A DNA stretch of 64,000 bases from Fimbriimonadales bacterium (lineage in GTDB: Bacteria; Armatimonadota; Fimbriimonadia; Fimbriimonadales; ATM1): positions 32,001 to 96,000 of the forward strand of contig JBGTLG010000016.1 in assembly GCA_041744215.1 (NCBI GenBank). The letters are read 5' to 3'. The translations under genes were made by a program, and so were the position numbers. This document shows, piece after piece, positions 47,695 through 56,749 of the stretch (positions within the stretch are counted from its first letter, which is position 1; every line of letters starts with the position of its first letter). The notes beneath the pieces are model-generated. The model saw only the letters and a list, made by a program, of their open reading frames with translations, searched no databases and was not told the DNA's origin.

Positions 47695-48468
47695 CTACCA
47701 CTTTTCCTCTCCGATTCCCTCGACTCCTCCGAGCTGTAAATCGAGTTCTGTGCGAGTTTCGATTTTCGCGATCTCGCCATCACGTACGTAGACTATGCGG
47801 TCAGATACATCGAGCATTTTGAGGTCATGCGTGGCGGAGATGATGGTTACTCCCCGGTCTTCGTTCAGCATGCGGAGCAGATCGATGATTTCTTTCCCAG
47901 TTTTGAGATCGAGGTTTCCGGTCGGTTCGTCGGCGAGGATGATTGCGGGATCATTTGCGAGTGCTCGGGCGATCGCGACTCGCTGCTGCTGACCACCGGA
48001 CAACTCCGTCGGCCTATGATGGAGTCGGTCGCCGAGTCCGACAGAGGCGAGCAACTCGACACCCTTCTCGTCAGCGTCATCTGCGCTTAGTCCGGCGAAG
48101 AGCATCGGGAGCGTGACGTTTTCGAGTGCTGTTCGAACCTGAATCAGATTAAACGTTTGAAAGATGTATCCAATCGTTCTGTTGCGCAGGTATGCAAGCT
48201 CAGGCGGCGATAGCTGGGCGATGTCGACTTCGTTTATGTAGACGCTGCCTCCAGTCGGCTTGTCGAGTCCTCCGACCATATTGAACAGCGTGCTCTTACC
48301 GCTTCCGCTCGGTCCCATGATACTGACGTATTCGCCTCGCTGCACATCCAGCGAAACCCCACGCAGCGCATGTACTACTTCGTCACCGAGATGGTAGAGC
48401 TTTTGTACGTCGCGCGTACGTACTATAAGCTCGGATTCGAAGGCGGGGTTTGCGGCGATGGGCTTCAC
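47695..48468 (-). CDS. ABC transporter ATP-binding protein (LolD/MacB-like)
   Basis: GPSGSGKST, FQTFNL, LSGGQQQRVAIARAL, ADEPTGNLD, ATHD. Confidence 0.95.
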   Translation of the reverse strand: MKPIAANPAFESELIVRTRDVQKLYHLGDEVVHALRGVSLDVQRGEYVSIMGPSGSGKSTLFNMVGGLDKPTGGSVYINEVDIAQLSPPELAYLRNRTIGYIFQTFNLIQVRTALENVTLPMLFAGLSADDADEKGVELLASVGLGDRLHHRPTELSGGQQQRVAIARALANDPAIILADEPTGNLDLKTGKEIIDLLRMLNEDRGVTIISATHDLKMLDVSDRIVYVRDGEIAKIETRTELDLQLGGVEGIGEEKW

Positions 48469-49047
48469 CTAAACCTCAACTCTCAGCGCCGCGGCTGCGG
48501 GCATTCTCGCTGCCTGGATAGCGGGCAGGATTGCGGCGAGGATGGTGATCAAGGATCCAATTGCCACCGCGGTGCCGACAATCGGGGCCCAGGCAGCGCC
48601 AAGCAGCCCCAATGAGTTTGTGCCATCGGTGACGAAGCGGACGCATACCATCACAAGTACGCCAAGGACTGCGCCGACCGCGGACGACATGACCCCAATC
48701 AGGAGCGCTTCCAAAAAGAAAACCTTAACGATGAATGAGTTTGTCGCGCCCAGACATTTGAACGTTCCGATTTCCTTGTATCGTTCTGTGACACTCATTA
48801 GCATCGCATTCGTGATACCGACGAGGCACATCAACAACGAAAGGAACACCAGCCAGCTAAGTTTGGCTGCGCTTTCTTCAGAGTGGGGATCCCCGGCTGC
48901 CAATGCAAGGCTCGTTCGCACGCTTGCGTAGAAGGCGATTCCCAAAAGTACGCCGATTGCGGTCGCGAACTGCCGCGACAGTCGCATGCGAATACTTTTT
49001 ATCGCTTGCTTGAGGGCAACAGCTAGAGGCGGGTCCTTTTGCTTCAT
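48469..49047 (-). CDS. Minimal FtsX-like ABC permease (4 TM)
   Basis: GITNAMLMSVTERYKEIGTFKCLGA, FFLEA, PAIQAARMPAAAALR. Confidence 0.85.
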   Translation of the reverse strand: MKQKDPPLAVALKQAIKSIRMRLSRQFATAIGVLLGIAFYASVRTSLALAAGDPHSEESAAKLSWLVFLSLLMCLVGITNAMLMSVTERYKEIGTFKCLGATNSFIVKVFFLEALLIGVMSSAVGAVLGVLVMVCVRFVTDGTNSLGLLGAAWAPIVGTAVAIGSLITILAAILPAIQAARMPAAAALRVEV

Positions 49048-49427
49048 TTCTTCGGCACCTCGAGAGCAATGTACTTTCGCTTCATGAGTGTCTCCAAGAA
49101 TGCAAGGAGCGACGCTTCTGCCTCTACCTTAGTGAGCTTGTACTCCCTCTGCAAAGCCTCAACAATTCCCTGTACTGATCGTTTTCCATCGCAGAGATTC
49201 CAGACGAAAGCGCCTACTTGCTCAAGCTCCACTTGCTTGTCATCCGGTACGACTTTGCCCACCGTTCTTCCAAGAAAGCCGCGCTGAGTTACCGGTACGA
49301 ACAGCATGATACACCCGTCATCTGAGGATTCGAAGCGAATCGCAGGGTTGCGAATCGGGCGTGCGCGGCGAATGTCGGAGCGATTCGCCCGAGGCTGTTT
49401 GCGAAAGTTCAGTCGAAGAAGTCCCAT
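49044..49427 (-). CDS. PqqD-family (RRE-like) protein
   Basis: ELEQVGAFVWNLCDGKRSVQGIVEALQREY...FLETLMKRKYI. Confidence 0.8.
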   Translation of the reverse strand: MGLLRLNFRKQPRANRSDIRRARPIRNPAIRFESSDDGCIMLFVPVTQRGFLGRTVGKVVPDDKQVELEQVGAFVWNLCDGKRSVQGIVEALQREYKLTKVEAEASLLAFLETLMKRKYIALEVPKK

Positions 49428-50194
49428 TGTGGCGCGTGAGCCCTTGAGTGTACTGCGTTGATGACCAAGAGTTGGTTTCGCTCTTGATCATGCATCACCA
49501 GTGCGGTTCTTCGTCCCTTGTTTAGGCGAATTCCATCTTTGCCAACCTCGCAGTCGGCCTTGATGCCGGTCGCGGCGACTGCCCAGCCGCAAAAGTCGTG
49601 CTTTGCGAGCAGCTGCGAGGCGAACGCCCACCGATCGACCGTGAACTTCTCCAGCCGACGCTTGAATACAAGCGTCGTTCGCCCACTGAGGAGCTTGAAC
49701 GAGGACAACTGGAGGTTGGCGGGCAGCCAAACCGAGACGCCGAGAATGCTCCAGGGGATTGGGCTTCCCGTGTGACACTCGACGGAATCTACTAGTTCGC
49801 GCGCCTCTCGCTTGAAGCTGTCACCGCTTCTCCCCGATCGCTCGACAAACATGACCCTCCTGGCCTCGGGCTCGAACCACATTCGCCCATATCCTTTCGC
49901 GCCTGCGTGCCACTCATAGTCCACCGCCCCCGACTCGAGAATGTCGATATTGGAGCGAAAAGCCTGCCGGCTCCGCTTTGCCGTTCTTTCGATTTGCGAG
50001 AAGTAGGCCAGCACCCGTCGATTGATTCCGGTCACGGGCTTTGAGGCTTTCCAGCGGACTTGAATGACAGCTTCCCTCTCGCCTTCGAGGCGTACATAGC
50101 CTTCTCTTTGGGTGCCCGAAAGCACAGCAGGGCGCCATTCGCCCCCGACAGGAAGAGAGAAACCTTGCCAGGCAAAACGGTCGCCCAGGTTCAA
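49409..50194 (-). CDS. Hypothetical soluble protein
   Basis: 261-aa ORF tightly packed between tatA and the PqqD gene; no family recognised. Confidence 0.7.
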   Translation of the reverse strand: MNLGDRFAWQGFSLPVGGEWRPAVLSGTQREGYVRLEGEREAVIQVRWKASKPVTGINRRVLAYFSQIERTAKRSRQAFRSNIDILESGAVDYEWHAGAKGYGRMWFEPEARRVMFVERSGRSGDSFKREARELVDSVECHTGSPIPWSILGVSVWLPANLQLSSFKLLSGRTTLVFKRRLEKFTVDRWAFASQLLAKHDFCGWAVAATGIKADCEVGKDGIRLNKGRRTALVMHDQERNQLLVINAVHSRAHAPQWDFFD

Positions 50195-50203
50195 ATTACG
50201 GCT

Positions 50204-50437
50204 CTAAGCGGACTTTTCGTCTTCGTCTAGCCCGCGTGAGGACTCGGCTTTTGCAGCTTCCATGGTCCGTTTACCTTCCTCGACTCCGCGCTGGAACTCG
50301 CCCATCCCTTTGCCAAGGCCGCGCATCAGCTGCGGGATCTTTGCGCCTCCGAAAAGCAAGAGAATGATGATGCCAATGATCATCAGTTCATTGGTGCTCA
50401 GAAATGCCAACGTCGAGTTTAGGAGTTCCATAATCAT
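50204..50437 (-). CDS. tatA: Twin-arginine translocase TatA/E subunit
   Basis: ELMIIGIIILLLFGGAKIPQLMRGLGKGMGEFQRG; TATAAT upstream; start at one of two nearby ATGs. Confidence 0.9.
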   Translation of the reverse strand: MIMELLNSTLAFLSTNELMIIGIIILLLFGGAKIPQLMRGLGKGMGEFQRGVEEGKRTMEAAKAESSRGLDEDEKSA

Positions 50438-50521
50438 CGGCCTACCCCCAATTATACGCCCGTTCCGGCAAAAACTACAGGGAAGGGCCGCCATGGGCTG
50501 TTTCGCGGCTAAAATCTGCGG

Positions 50522-51838
50522 GTGGCTGAGCAAAAGTTGAGGAACCTCCCGAGCGTGGCAAATCTTCTTGCCGCGCCTGAGCTTGCCTCCGTGCCTCATC
50601 TTGTCGCAGTTGCGGCTGCTCGCGAGGCCGTAGCCACCGCCCGGAGGAATGGGACCGCCGGTGAGTCCGTTCTGGCGGAGGCGGTCGAACTCGCACGGAG
50701 GTACATGGCACCAGCCTATCGCCCCGTAATCAACTGCTCCGGCACGATCCTCAACACTGGGCTGGGTAGGGCGCGTCTCGCCCCAGACGCGGTCGCTGCA
50801 ATGGCAGCTGCTGCAAGCTCTCACTCTATTCTCGAACTGGACATGGGGTCGGGGCGGCGCGGAGACAGGCAAGAAGGTTTGCGATCGCTGATCATTCGCC
50901 TCACCGGAGCCGAGTCCGCTCTCGTTGTGAATAATAACGCTGGGGCAGTTCTCCTAACGATCAACACCTTGGCAACAGGCAAGAAAGTTCTTCTATCCCG
51001 AGGCCAGAGCGTGGAGATCGGCGGCGCATTTCGGATGCCAGATGTTGTCAAGGCTTCGGGCGCGATTCTGGTTGACGTGGGTACGACAAACAAGACGAAA
51101 GTCTCTGACTACGAGGCCGCATTCGATTCCGAGTGCGCGGTTCTGCTTCGATGCCACCCAAGCAACTTCAAAATCTCCGGATTCGTTGCAGAGCCGACAG
51201 CGGAAGACTTGGCGGGGTGCGCGAAGAAACTGAAGATTACGATGGTAGACGACGTTGGAAGCGGCAGTCTCATCGACACGGCACAATTCGGGCTGCCTCA
51301 TGAACAGACAGTTAGAGAGGCACTAGGAGCCGGCGCACACATCGTTACTGCCAGCGGGGACAAGCTACTCGGCGGTCCGCAGGCAGGACTCATCATCGGC
51401 AAGTCGAAACTCATTGCCAAGATCGCCAAGAACCCGCTGGCACGTGCCCTACGGATTGATAAAGTCACGGCGGCAGGTCTGGAAGCAACGCTGCGACTTT
51501 ATTGGGAAGGCCGAGCATTGGAGATCCCCACAATTCGCTACCTGTCGCGCACATCCGACGAGGTCAAAGTTCTGGGAGACCGACTGGCGAAACAACTTAA
51601 TGCTACTGCCGAACCAAGCATGTGCGAACCAGGAGGTGGTTCCTTACCCGGAGTGCAGATACCATCGTGGCGCGTCACGATTCGCGGGAACGCAAATGAA
51701 ATCGCAACGCGGTTCCGGACGATGCCGATCCCTGTAATCGGCTACATCGAATCCGGAGCGTTCAGGTTAGACCTTCGATGCGTCGACGAAGACGAGCTTG
51801 ATACCATCGCACGACAAGCTGCCGAGGTTTTTTCTTGA
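50522..51838 (+). CDS. selA: L-seryl-tRNA(Sec) selenium transferase
   Basis: VINCSGTILNTGLGRA, VVNNNAGA, EIGGAFR, VGTTN, HPSNF, SGDKLLGGPQAG, RALRIDK. Confidence 0.95.
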   Translation: MAEQKLRNLPSVANLLAAPELASVPHLVAVAAAREAVATARRNGTAGESVLAEAVELARRYMAPAYRPVINCSGTILNTGLGRARLAPDAVAAMAAAASSHSILELDMGSGRRGDRQEGLRSLIIRLTGAESALVVNNNAGAVLLTINTLATGKKVLLSRGQSVEIGGAFRMPDVVKASGAILVDVGTTNKTKVSDYEAAFDSECAVLLRCHPSNFKISGFVAEPTAEDLAGCAKKLKITMVDDVGSGSLIDTAQFGLPHEQTVREALGAGAHIVTASGDKLLGGPQAGLIIGKSKLIAKIAKNPLARALRIDKVTAAGLEATLRLYWEGRALEIPTIRYLSRTSDEVKVLGDRLAKQLNATAEPSMCEPGGGSLPGVQIPSWRVTIRGNANEIATRFRTMPIPVIGYIESGAFRLDLRCVDEDELDTIARQAAEVFS

Positions 51839-52413
51839 GAGACAAAGCGCTTGCGATATTCAGGGATAAGTTGTCTGAACTCGAGCGACACAATCCATGG
51901 CGTAAAGGCCACGGTGAACGCGTCGCCTCCCATGCCGTTGCGACGGCGCACAAGTTGGGTTTTGACGACGAGCAGCTCTTTGCGATTCGCATTGCCTCGG
52001 CGCTACACGATTATGGGAAGCTCAGGATAGCGGTCGATGTTCTTGAATCGCCTGATGCCATCGAGACTAGTCAGCTTGTCGAGATCCGTGGATGGGTAGT
52101 CGGTGTCGGTGCAGAGCTGGCGAGAGAAGTTGGGATCGAGGCGATCGATTCTTGCATCTCCTGCCAGTACGAACGTTTTGACGGGTTGGGATTTCCGGGT
52201 ACCTCAAAGGGGAAGCGGCTTCCTGTCGCAGCGCAGACTATCGCTGTCTGTACTGCGTTTGACGTAATGACGCATATCCAACCCTGGAAGCGTGCAAAAT
52301 CCGAAGAGGATGCGCTCGCAGAGTTGAATCGCAACTCAGGTACCCAGTTCGACCCTGCCGTTGTTGCGGCGTTCTCTTTGGTTCAGCCTCTCATAACTCC
52401 GGTGGAGCTTTAG
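51835..52413 (+). CDS. HD-GYP-like domain protein (degenerate)
   Basis: GHGERV, LHDYGK, ERFDGLGFP, SGTQFDP. Confidence 0.8.
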   Translation: MRDKALAIFRDKLSELERHNPWRKGHGERVASHAVATAHKLGFDDEQLFAIRIASALHDYGKLRIAVDVLESPDAIETSQLVEIRGWVVGVGAELAREVGIEAIDSCISCQYERFDGLGFPGTSKGKRLPVAAQTIAVCTAFDVMTHIQPWKRAKSEEDALAELNRNSGTQFDPAVVAAFSLVQPLITPVEL

Positions 52414-52417
52414 GTCA

Positions 52418-53215
52418 GTGTTCTCCGAATCTTTCAGCGAAGCATGGCGAATGCGCTACGGTTCGGATCCACCGATCGAGGCACCCGATCTTTCAGCGGC
52501 GCTTCGCCATCGAAGCGTTCGCTCATTCTCTCGCACGCCGATCGACGAATCGACGGTCGCAACGCTAGTGGCAGCTGCGCAATCTGCAGCAACGAGCAGC
52601 AATCTTCAGCTGTGGTCATTGATTAGCGTGCATGAGCCAGAGCGAAGGGATGCGATCGCAAAGCTCTGCGCGGATCAGGATCAGGTCCGTGATGCCGCGT
52701 GGTTCTTCGCCTTCATCGCCGACCACTATCGGCTCCGTAAAGCCGCTCTCAACTCTGGCGAGAATCCACTGGGTCTTGATTACTTAGAGTTCTTTACTAT
52801 GTCAGTGATCGATGCCTCGATCGCAGCAGAGCGAATGGTATGCGCAGCCGAGAGTCTCGGCATGGGAATCTGTTACATTGGAGCGCTACGCAACAATCCA
52901 GCTGCCGTCGCTGACTTACTTGGTCTGCCCCCAGGAACGTTTGGAGTGTTCGGCTTATGTCTTGGGTGGCCAGACGAAGAAGCCCGACCGGAAATCAAAC
53001 CCAGACTCGCGCAACAAAGCCTGTGGTTTCGCGAACGTTACAACCCAGACGTAACCGTAGGCGATTACGATGCGCGGATGCAGTCGTTCTACGAATCGCA
53101 GGGCATGAGTACGAACTTCTCTTGGTCCTCCCGATCGGGACGACGGACAAACGCGCTGACGGGACGCGAGGTCCTCAAAGAGTGGCTCGAAGGGCAGGGG
53201 TTCAATCTCCGTTAG
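52418..53215 (+). CDS. NADPH-dependent nitro/flavin reductase (NfsA/NfrA family)
   Basis: HRSVRSF, ATSSNLQ, AAESLGMGICYIGALRN, KPRL. Confidence 0.9.
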   Translation: MFSESFSEAWRMRYGSDPPIEAPDLSAALRHRSVRSFSRTPIDESTVATLVAAAQSAATSSNLQLWSLISVHEPERRDAIAKLCADQDQVRDAAWFFAFIADHYRLRKAALNSGENPLGLDYLEFFTMSVIDASIAAERMVCAAESLGMGICYIGALRNNPAAVADLLGLPPGTFGVFGLCLGWPDEEARPEIKPRLAQQSLWFRERYNPDVTVGDYDARMQSFYESQGMSTNFSWSSRSGRRTNALTGREVLKEWLEGQGFNLR

Positions 53216-53724
53216 CGTCGCTTATAGTTCACCCGAACGACAACCGAATCGGCGCGCCGAACGAAAGGTGGCAGATCGGGGAACACCGCCTGGTCGCCTT
53301 GACCGTTAAACTCTGGAAAGGCTGCTTCCTTTAGAATCAGCACTTGTAGCTTTGCGCCGGTGTGCTCCCAAACGCCACCGCGCGTTATCGGAGGTTGCAT
53401 GGAAGGATCCACACGTTCGAGCTCCAGCTTTGCTATCTCGACGATTTTGTCAAACGCAACTTGAACAGTGAACACCTCCCAATAGGCGATCGGCGAGTCA
53501 CCGTCGATTGGTGGCGCAACCCGCGCAGGTATTGCACCACCGAGAAACTCGAATGAGATTCTGTCGACGCCAGTTCGTTGAAAAAGCACCTCGCGCCGGT
53601 CTTTTATTCTCGCCGTCTCCTTGAAAACCCAAACGACGCCCCCAAGTGTGAGCAGCGTAAAAAACACGGCGCACCCGAGCACGAGCTTTCGCCCACTAAG
53701 CCCCGGTTTGTCCATTACTTTCAT
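53212..53724 (-). CDS. Hypothetical membrane-anchored protein
   Basis: Single N-terminal TM; ATG overlaps xdhC stop (ATGA). Confidence 0.6.
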   Translation of the reverse strand: MKVMDKPGLSGRKLVLGCAVFFTLLTLGGVVWVFKETARIKDRREVLFQRTGVDRISFEFLGGAIPARVAPPIDGDSPIAYWEVFTVQVAFDKIVEIAKLELERVDPSMQPPITRGGVWEHTGAKLQVLILKEAAFPEFNGQGDQAVFPDLPPFVRRADSVVVRVNYKRR

Positions 53725-54725
53725 GTCTGTTTCACTTTTTGTCCACAGCGCGCGAGGATCGGGCCTCGTTTGGCTGCCCGCACCTGAATCCACTCTGCCG
53801 CTATGCTTATCGCAATCTCTTCGACCGTTTCTGCACCTATGTCCACGCCCATGGGTGAAAGTACATTAGCGAACTCTTCGTCTGTACATACTCCCTCTTC
53901 GATCAATCCTTTTCGAACCATTTCGCGCTTGCGCTTGCTCCCGATCATGCCCAAGTAAGCGCGATCTTTGTGAATCAGCTCCCGGATCACACGAGCGTCG
54001 TTGCGATGACCGCGTGTCACCAAACACAGGTAAGTGTCTTGATCGCTAACGAAGTCTCGCGCATACACTTCCGGTTTTTGGCAGATGCGGTGGTGTGCAA
54101 ACATCATCCTCGTCTCATTCACGAACTCAGGCCGATCATCGATGACCGTCACTTCGAACCCAAGATCTGCTCCTATTCGGCAGAGTTCTCTGCCAATGTG
54201 TCCCCCGCCGAAGACAACGAGCTTCTCCGGCGGCAGGCTTGGCTCGACGAAGCAACGTTCTTCGAGCGCTTCGCGTCGGTGCGCGATTGCTTTCAGAACG
54301 ATTGGGTCTGCGGACTCACTCTCCTGAATGAAGTTTGCGTGGCCGCTCTCTAAGTCATAGACGATCGCCCCACGCGAGGTCTGATCTGTCGCGACGCGAA
54401 AGGCGTCCGCATATGAGCCTGGATCAGGAAGCAGAAGCACTTGCACTCGGCCTCCACAGATCAAACCATCATCCCAACCAAAATCGTCATCAAGCTGGAA
54501 TTCGCGAATCAAGTGCTTGCGCGTCGCCAAAGCCTCGAGTCCAAGCCGTCGACACTCCATTTCAAGGCAGCCGCCTCCGATGGTGCCGACAATCCTTCCG
54601 TCCGGCAGAAAAATCCCCTTCGCACCCGGAACCTGCGGCGCGCTGCCGCTTTTGGCGACAACTACCGCGAGGCAGAAGGACGCGCCTTCGTCGTGGAGCT
54701 TTACCGCTTCTTGAAGAATTGACAT
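53721..54725 (-). CDS. XdhC/CoxF-family molybdoenzyme maturation factor
   Basis: GSAP..PGA, GTIGGGCLE, GLICGG, FGGGHIG, DDRPEF, YLGMIGS, EEIAISIAAE. Confidence 0.9.
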   Translation of the reverse strand: MSILQEAVKLHDEGASFCLAVVVAKSGSAPQVPGAKGIFLPDGRIVGTIGGGCLEMECRRLGLEALATRKHLIREFQLDDDFGWDDGLICGGRVQVLLLPDPGSYADAFRVATDQTSRGAIVYDLESGHANFIQESESADPIVLKAIAHRREALEERCFVEPSLPPEKLVVFGGGHIGRELCRIGADLGFEVTVIDDRPEFVNETRMMFAHHRICQKPEVYARDFVSDQDTYLCLVTRGHRNDARVIRELIHKDRAYLGMIGSKRKREMVRKGLIEEGVCTDEEFANVLSPMGVDIGAETVEEIAISIAAEWIQVRAAKRGPILARCGQKVKQT

Positions 54726-54742
54726 GTGTTAGTACTGATACG

Positions 54743-56551
54743 TTACCGGACAGCTTCCATCACCCGAATAGCGACGCGATGATTCCCAAAGGGCGGCATG
54801 AGATAAAGTCCTTGCGCAACCTCCCGCAACTTCGCAGCGAACTCTTGTGCGACCCCGATCCCGACTTCTTGCGCGGTCTCATCTGGCGCATTCGCCATTT
54901 TGCTTCGAAGCCAATCGGGAACTTCGATCCCCGGAACTTCGTTGTGCATGAACTCTGCGTGTCGACTTGAGCGCAGTGGCAACACCCCGATTAGAATTGG
55001 CAGGCCCACTCTGGCTGCGTGTTCTGTTGCGAACTCCAGGTGTCGATCTTCGAAGAGCGGCTGCGTATAGATGAGGTGCGCTCCCGCCTCCACCTTACGT
55101 GAGAGCCGATCGACTTCGAATGGCAAATCTTGCGCTGCCGGGTTGAAGGCGACTGCAATGGTGAATGCGCACTTCTTTCCCAGCGTGTTGCCCGCCATGT
55201 CTCGGCCCTCATTGAATCTGGCCAGCACGCGCACAAGGCCGATCGAGTCGATGTCGAACACGCTCGTTGCGCTGGGAAAATCGCCGATATTCGCGGGATC
55301 ACCCGTGACGGGAAGGACGTTTCGTATGCCAAGGGCGTGCGCGCCAAGCATGTCGCTTTGCAGTGCGAGCAGGTTTCTGTCTCGACAAGCGACATGCATC
55401 ATCACTTCGATACCCACCTCGTTTTGAATGATTGAAGAGATCGACACAGGACTCATTCGCAAGCGAGCCCGTGCGCCATCGCTTATATCGATAAGATCAC
55501 ATCCTGCCGCGTGAAGCGCCTTCGCACCTCCAAGCACCTTGGAGGTGTCTAATCCCCGAGGCAGATCTAGTTCGACAGTCGTTACGAACTTACCAGCAAA
55601 AAGTTTGGCCCGAAGCGCGCTAGGCTCGCAGTCTTCGAGAGGCGCTTTGTCTGCGGCTTCCCTGGCGCGGACATGCGATCGTTTTCGAGGAGCCCGATCG
55701 GCGAGCGCATCTCGAAGGCCGCCGATATGTTGAGAGGCAACGCCGCAACACCCACCGATGAGATTGCAGCCCGCCTCAGCGAGGCGCGCCGCCGCTTTGC
55801 CGAAGTACTCGGGTGTCACATCATAGATGGGTGATTTCTTAACCAGCTGAGGCATCCCTGGCGTTGGCATCGCAAGTATTGGAACATCCCCCGCTTCGCT
55901 CATCCATCGAACGATGTCGTACATTCGTTGGGGACCGACGACGCAGTTTGCGCCTACCACGTCCGCGCCCCACTCGATCATCATTCTCGCGACTCTTAAT
56001 GGAAATCCCTCTGCTAACGTCTCACCATCTTCTATGAAGCTCTTTGAGGCGATCACCGGGAGACTTGTTACGGACTTCGTTGCCCGGATGGCGATCTCCA
56101 ATTCTTGAAGGTCACTGAACGACTCAAGAATGATCGCATCCGCGCCACCCTCCGCGAGAGCTTTCGCTTGGACCAAGAACTGATGTTCGGCGTCAAGCAG
56201 ATCAACAGGTCCCAGCGGCGCAAGTGGTTTGCCGCAGGGGCTAATCGCGCCGAGGACAAAGCGGTCGCCTGCGGCTGCGCGAGCGATTTTGATTCCAGCA
56301 AGACACACCTCTGCCGGATCCGCGTCGCTTCCATGCAACCTAAGACGGACCTGATTCGCCCAAAAAGTGTTTGTCTCGATTGCGTCAGCACCTGCATCCA
56401 AGAACTCTTTGTGAACCTTATGCACAAGTTCGGGCGCCTCGATGTTCGCAAGCGAATATGGCATTCGCTGGAAGCCGAGGTCAGACAAACGCGATCCCAT
56501 CGCACCGTCGATGATGAGGATTCGTTCTCGAAGAGCGTCGAGAAGTTGCAT
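54743..56551 (-). CDS. Bifunctional homocysteine S-methyltransferase / methylenetetrahydrofolate reductase (YitJ type)
   Basis: DGAMG, ETNTF, GANC, IGGCCG; then CRDRNLLALQS, TGDP, HNEVPGI. Confidence 0.92.
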   Translation of the reverse strand: MQLLDALRERILIIDGAMGSRLSDLGFQRMPYSLANIEAPELVHKVHKEFLDAGADAIETNTFWANQVRLRLHGSDADPAEVCLAGIKIARAAAGDRFVLGAISPCGKPLAPLGPVDLLDAEHQFLVQAKALAEGGADAIILESFSDLQELEIAIRATKSVTSLPVIASKSFIEDGETLAEGFPLRVARMMIEWGADVVGANCVVGPQRMYDIVRWMSEAGDVPILAMPTPGMPQLVKKSPIYDVTPEYFGKAAARLAEAGCNLIGGCCGVASQHIGGLRDALADRAPRKRSHVRAREAADKAPLEDCEPSALRAKLFAGKFVTTVELDLPRGLDTSKVLGGAKALHAAGCDLIDISDGARARLRMSPVSISSIIQNEVGIEVMMHVACRDRNLLALQSDMLGAHALGIRNVLPVTGDPANIGDFPSATSVFDIDSIGLVRVLARFNEGRDMAGNTLGKKCAFTIAVAFNPAAQDLPFEVDRLSRKVEAGAHLIYTQPLFEDRHLEFATEHAARVGLPILIGVLPLRSSRHAEFMHNEVPGIEVPDWLRSKMANAPDETAQEVGIGVAQEFAAKLREVAQGLYLMPPFGNHRVAIRVMEAVR

Positions 56552-56749
56552 CGGGAGTGTGATTATGGCGGATGCAGGGCCAGCGGGTCAGCGAACGGCG
56601 ATCTCCTGACCCCCAGACGATGAGGATCTTTCACAGTGCAAGTTCGCTTCACAGTTGAGAGCAGTCGCTTCGAGGCTCCCCCTGGCCTCGACTTGTGTTG
56701 CTCACCAGGACCAACTCACTAGAATCTTAAACCAGATATCATAGATGCT

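Noticed and set aside
56552-56749. SAM or SAH riboswitch upstream of the YitJ-type gene
   Set aside because: I could not find the SAM-I or SAH core motifs, and a CATAAT box lies only 10 nt before the ATG.
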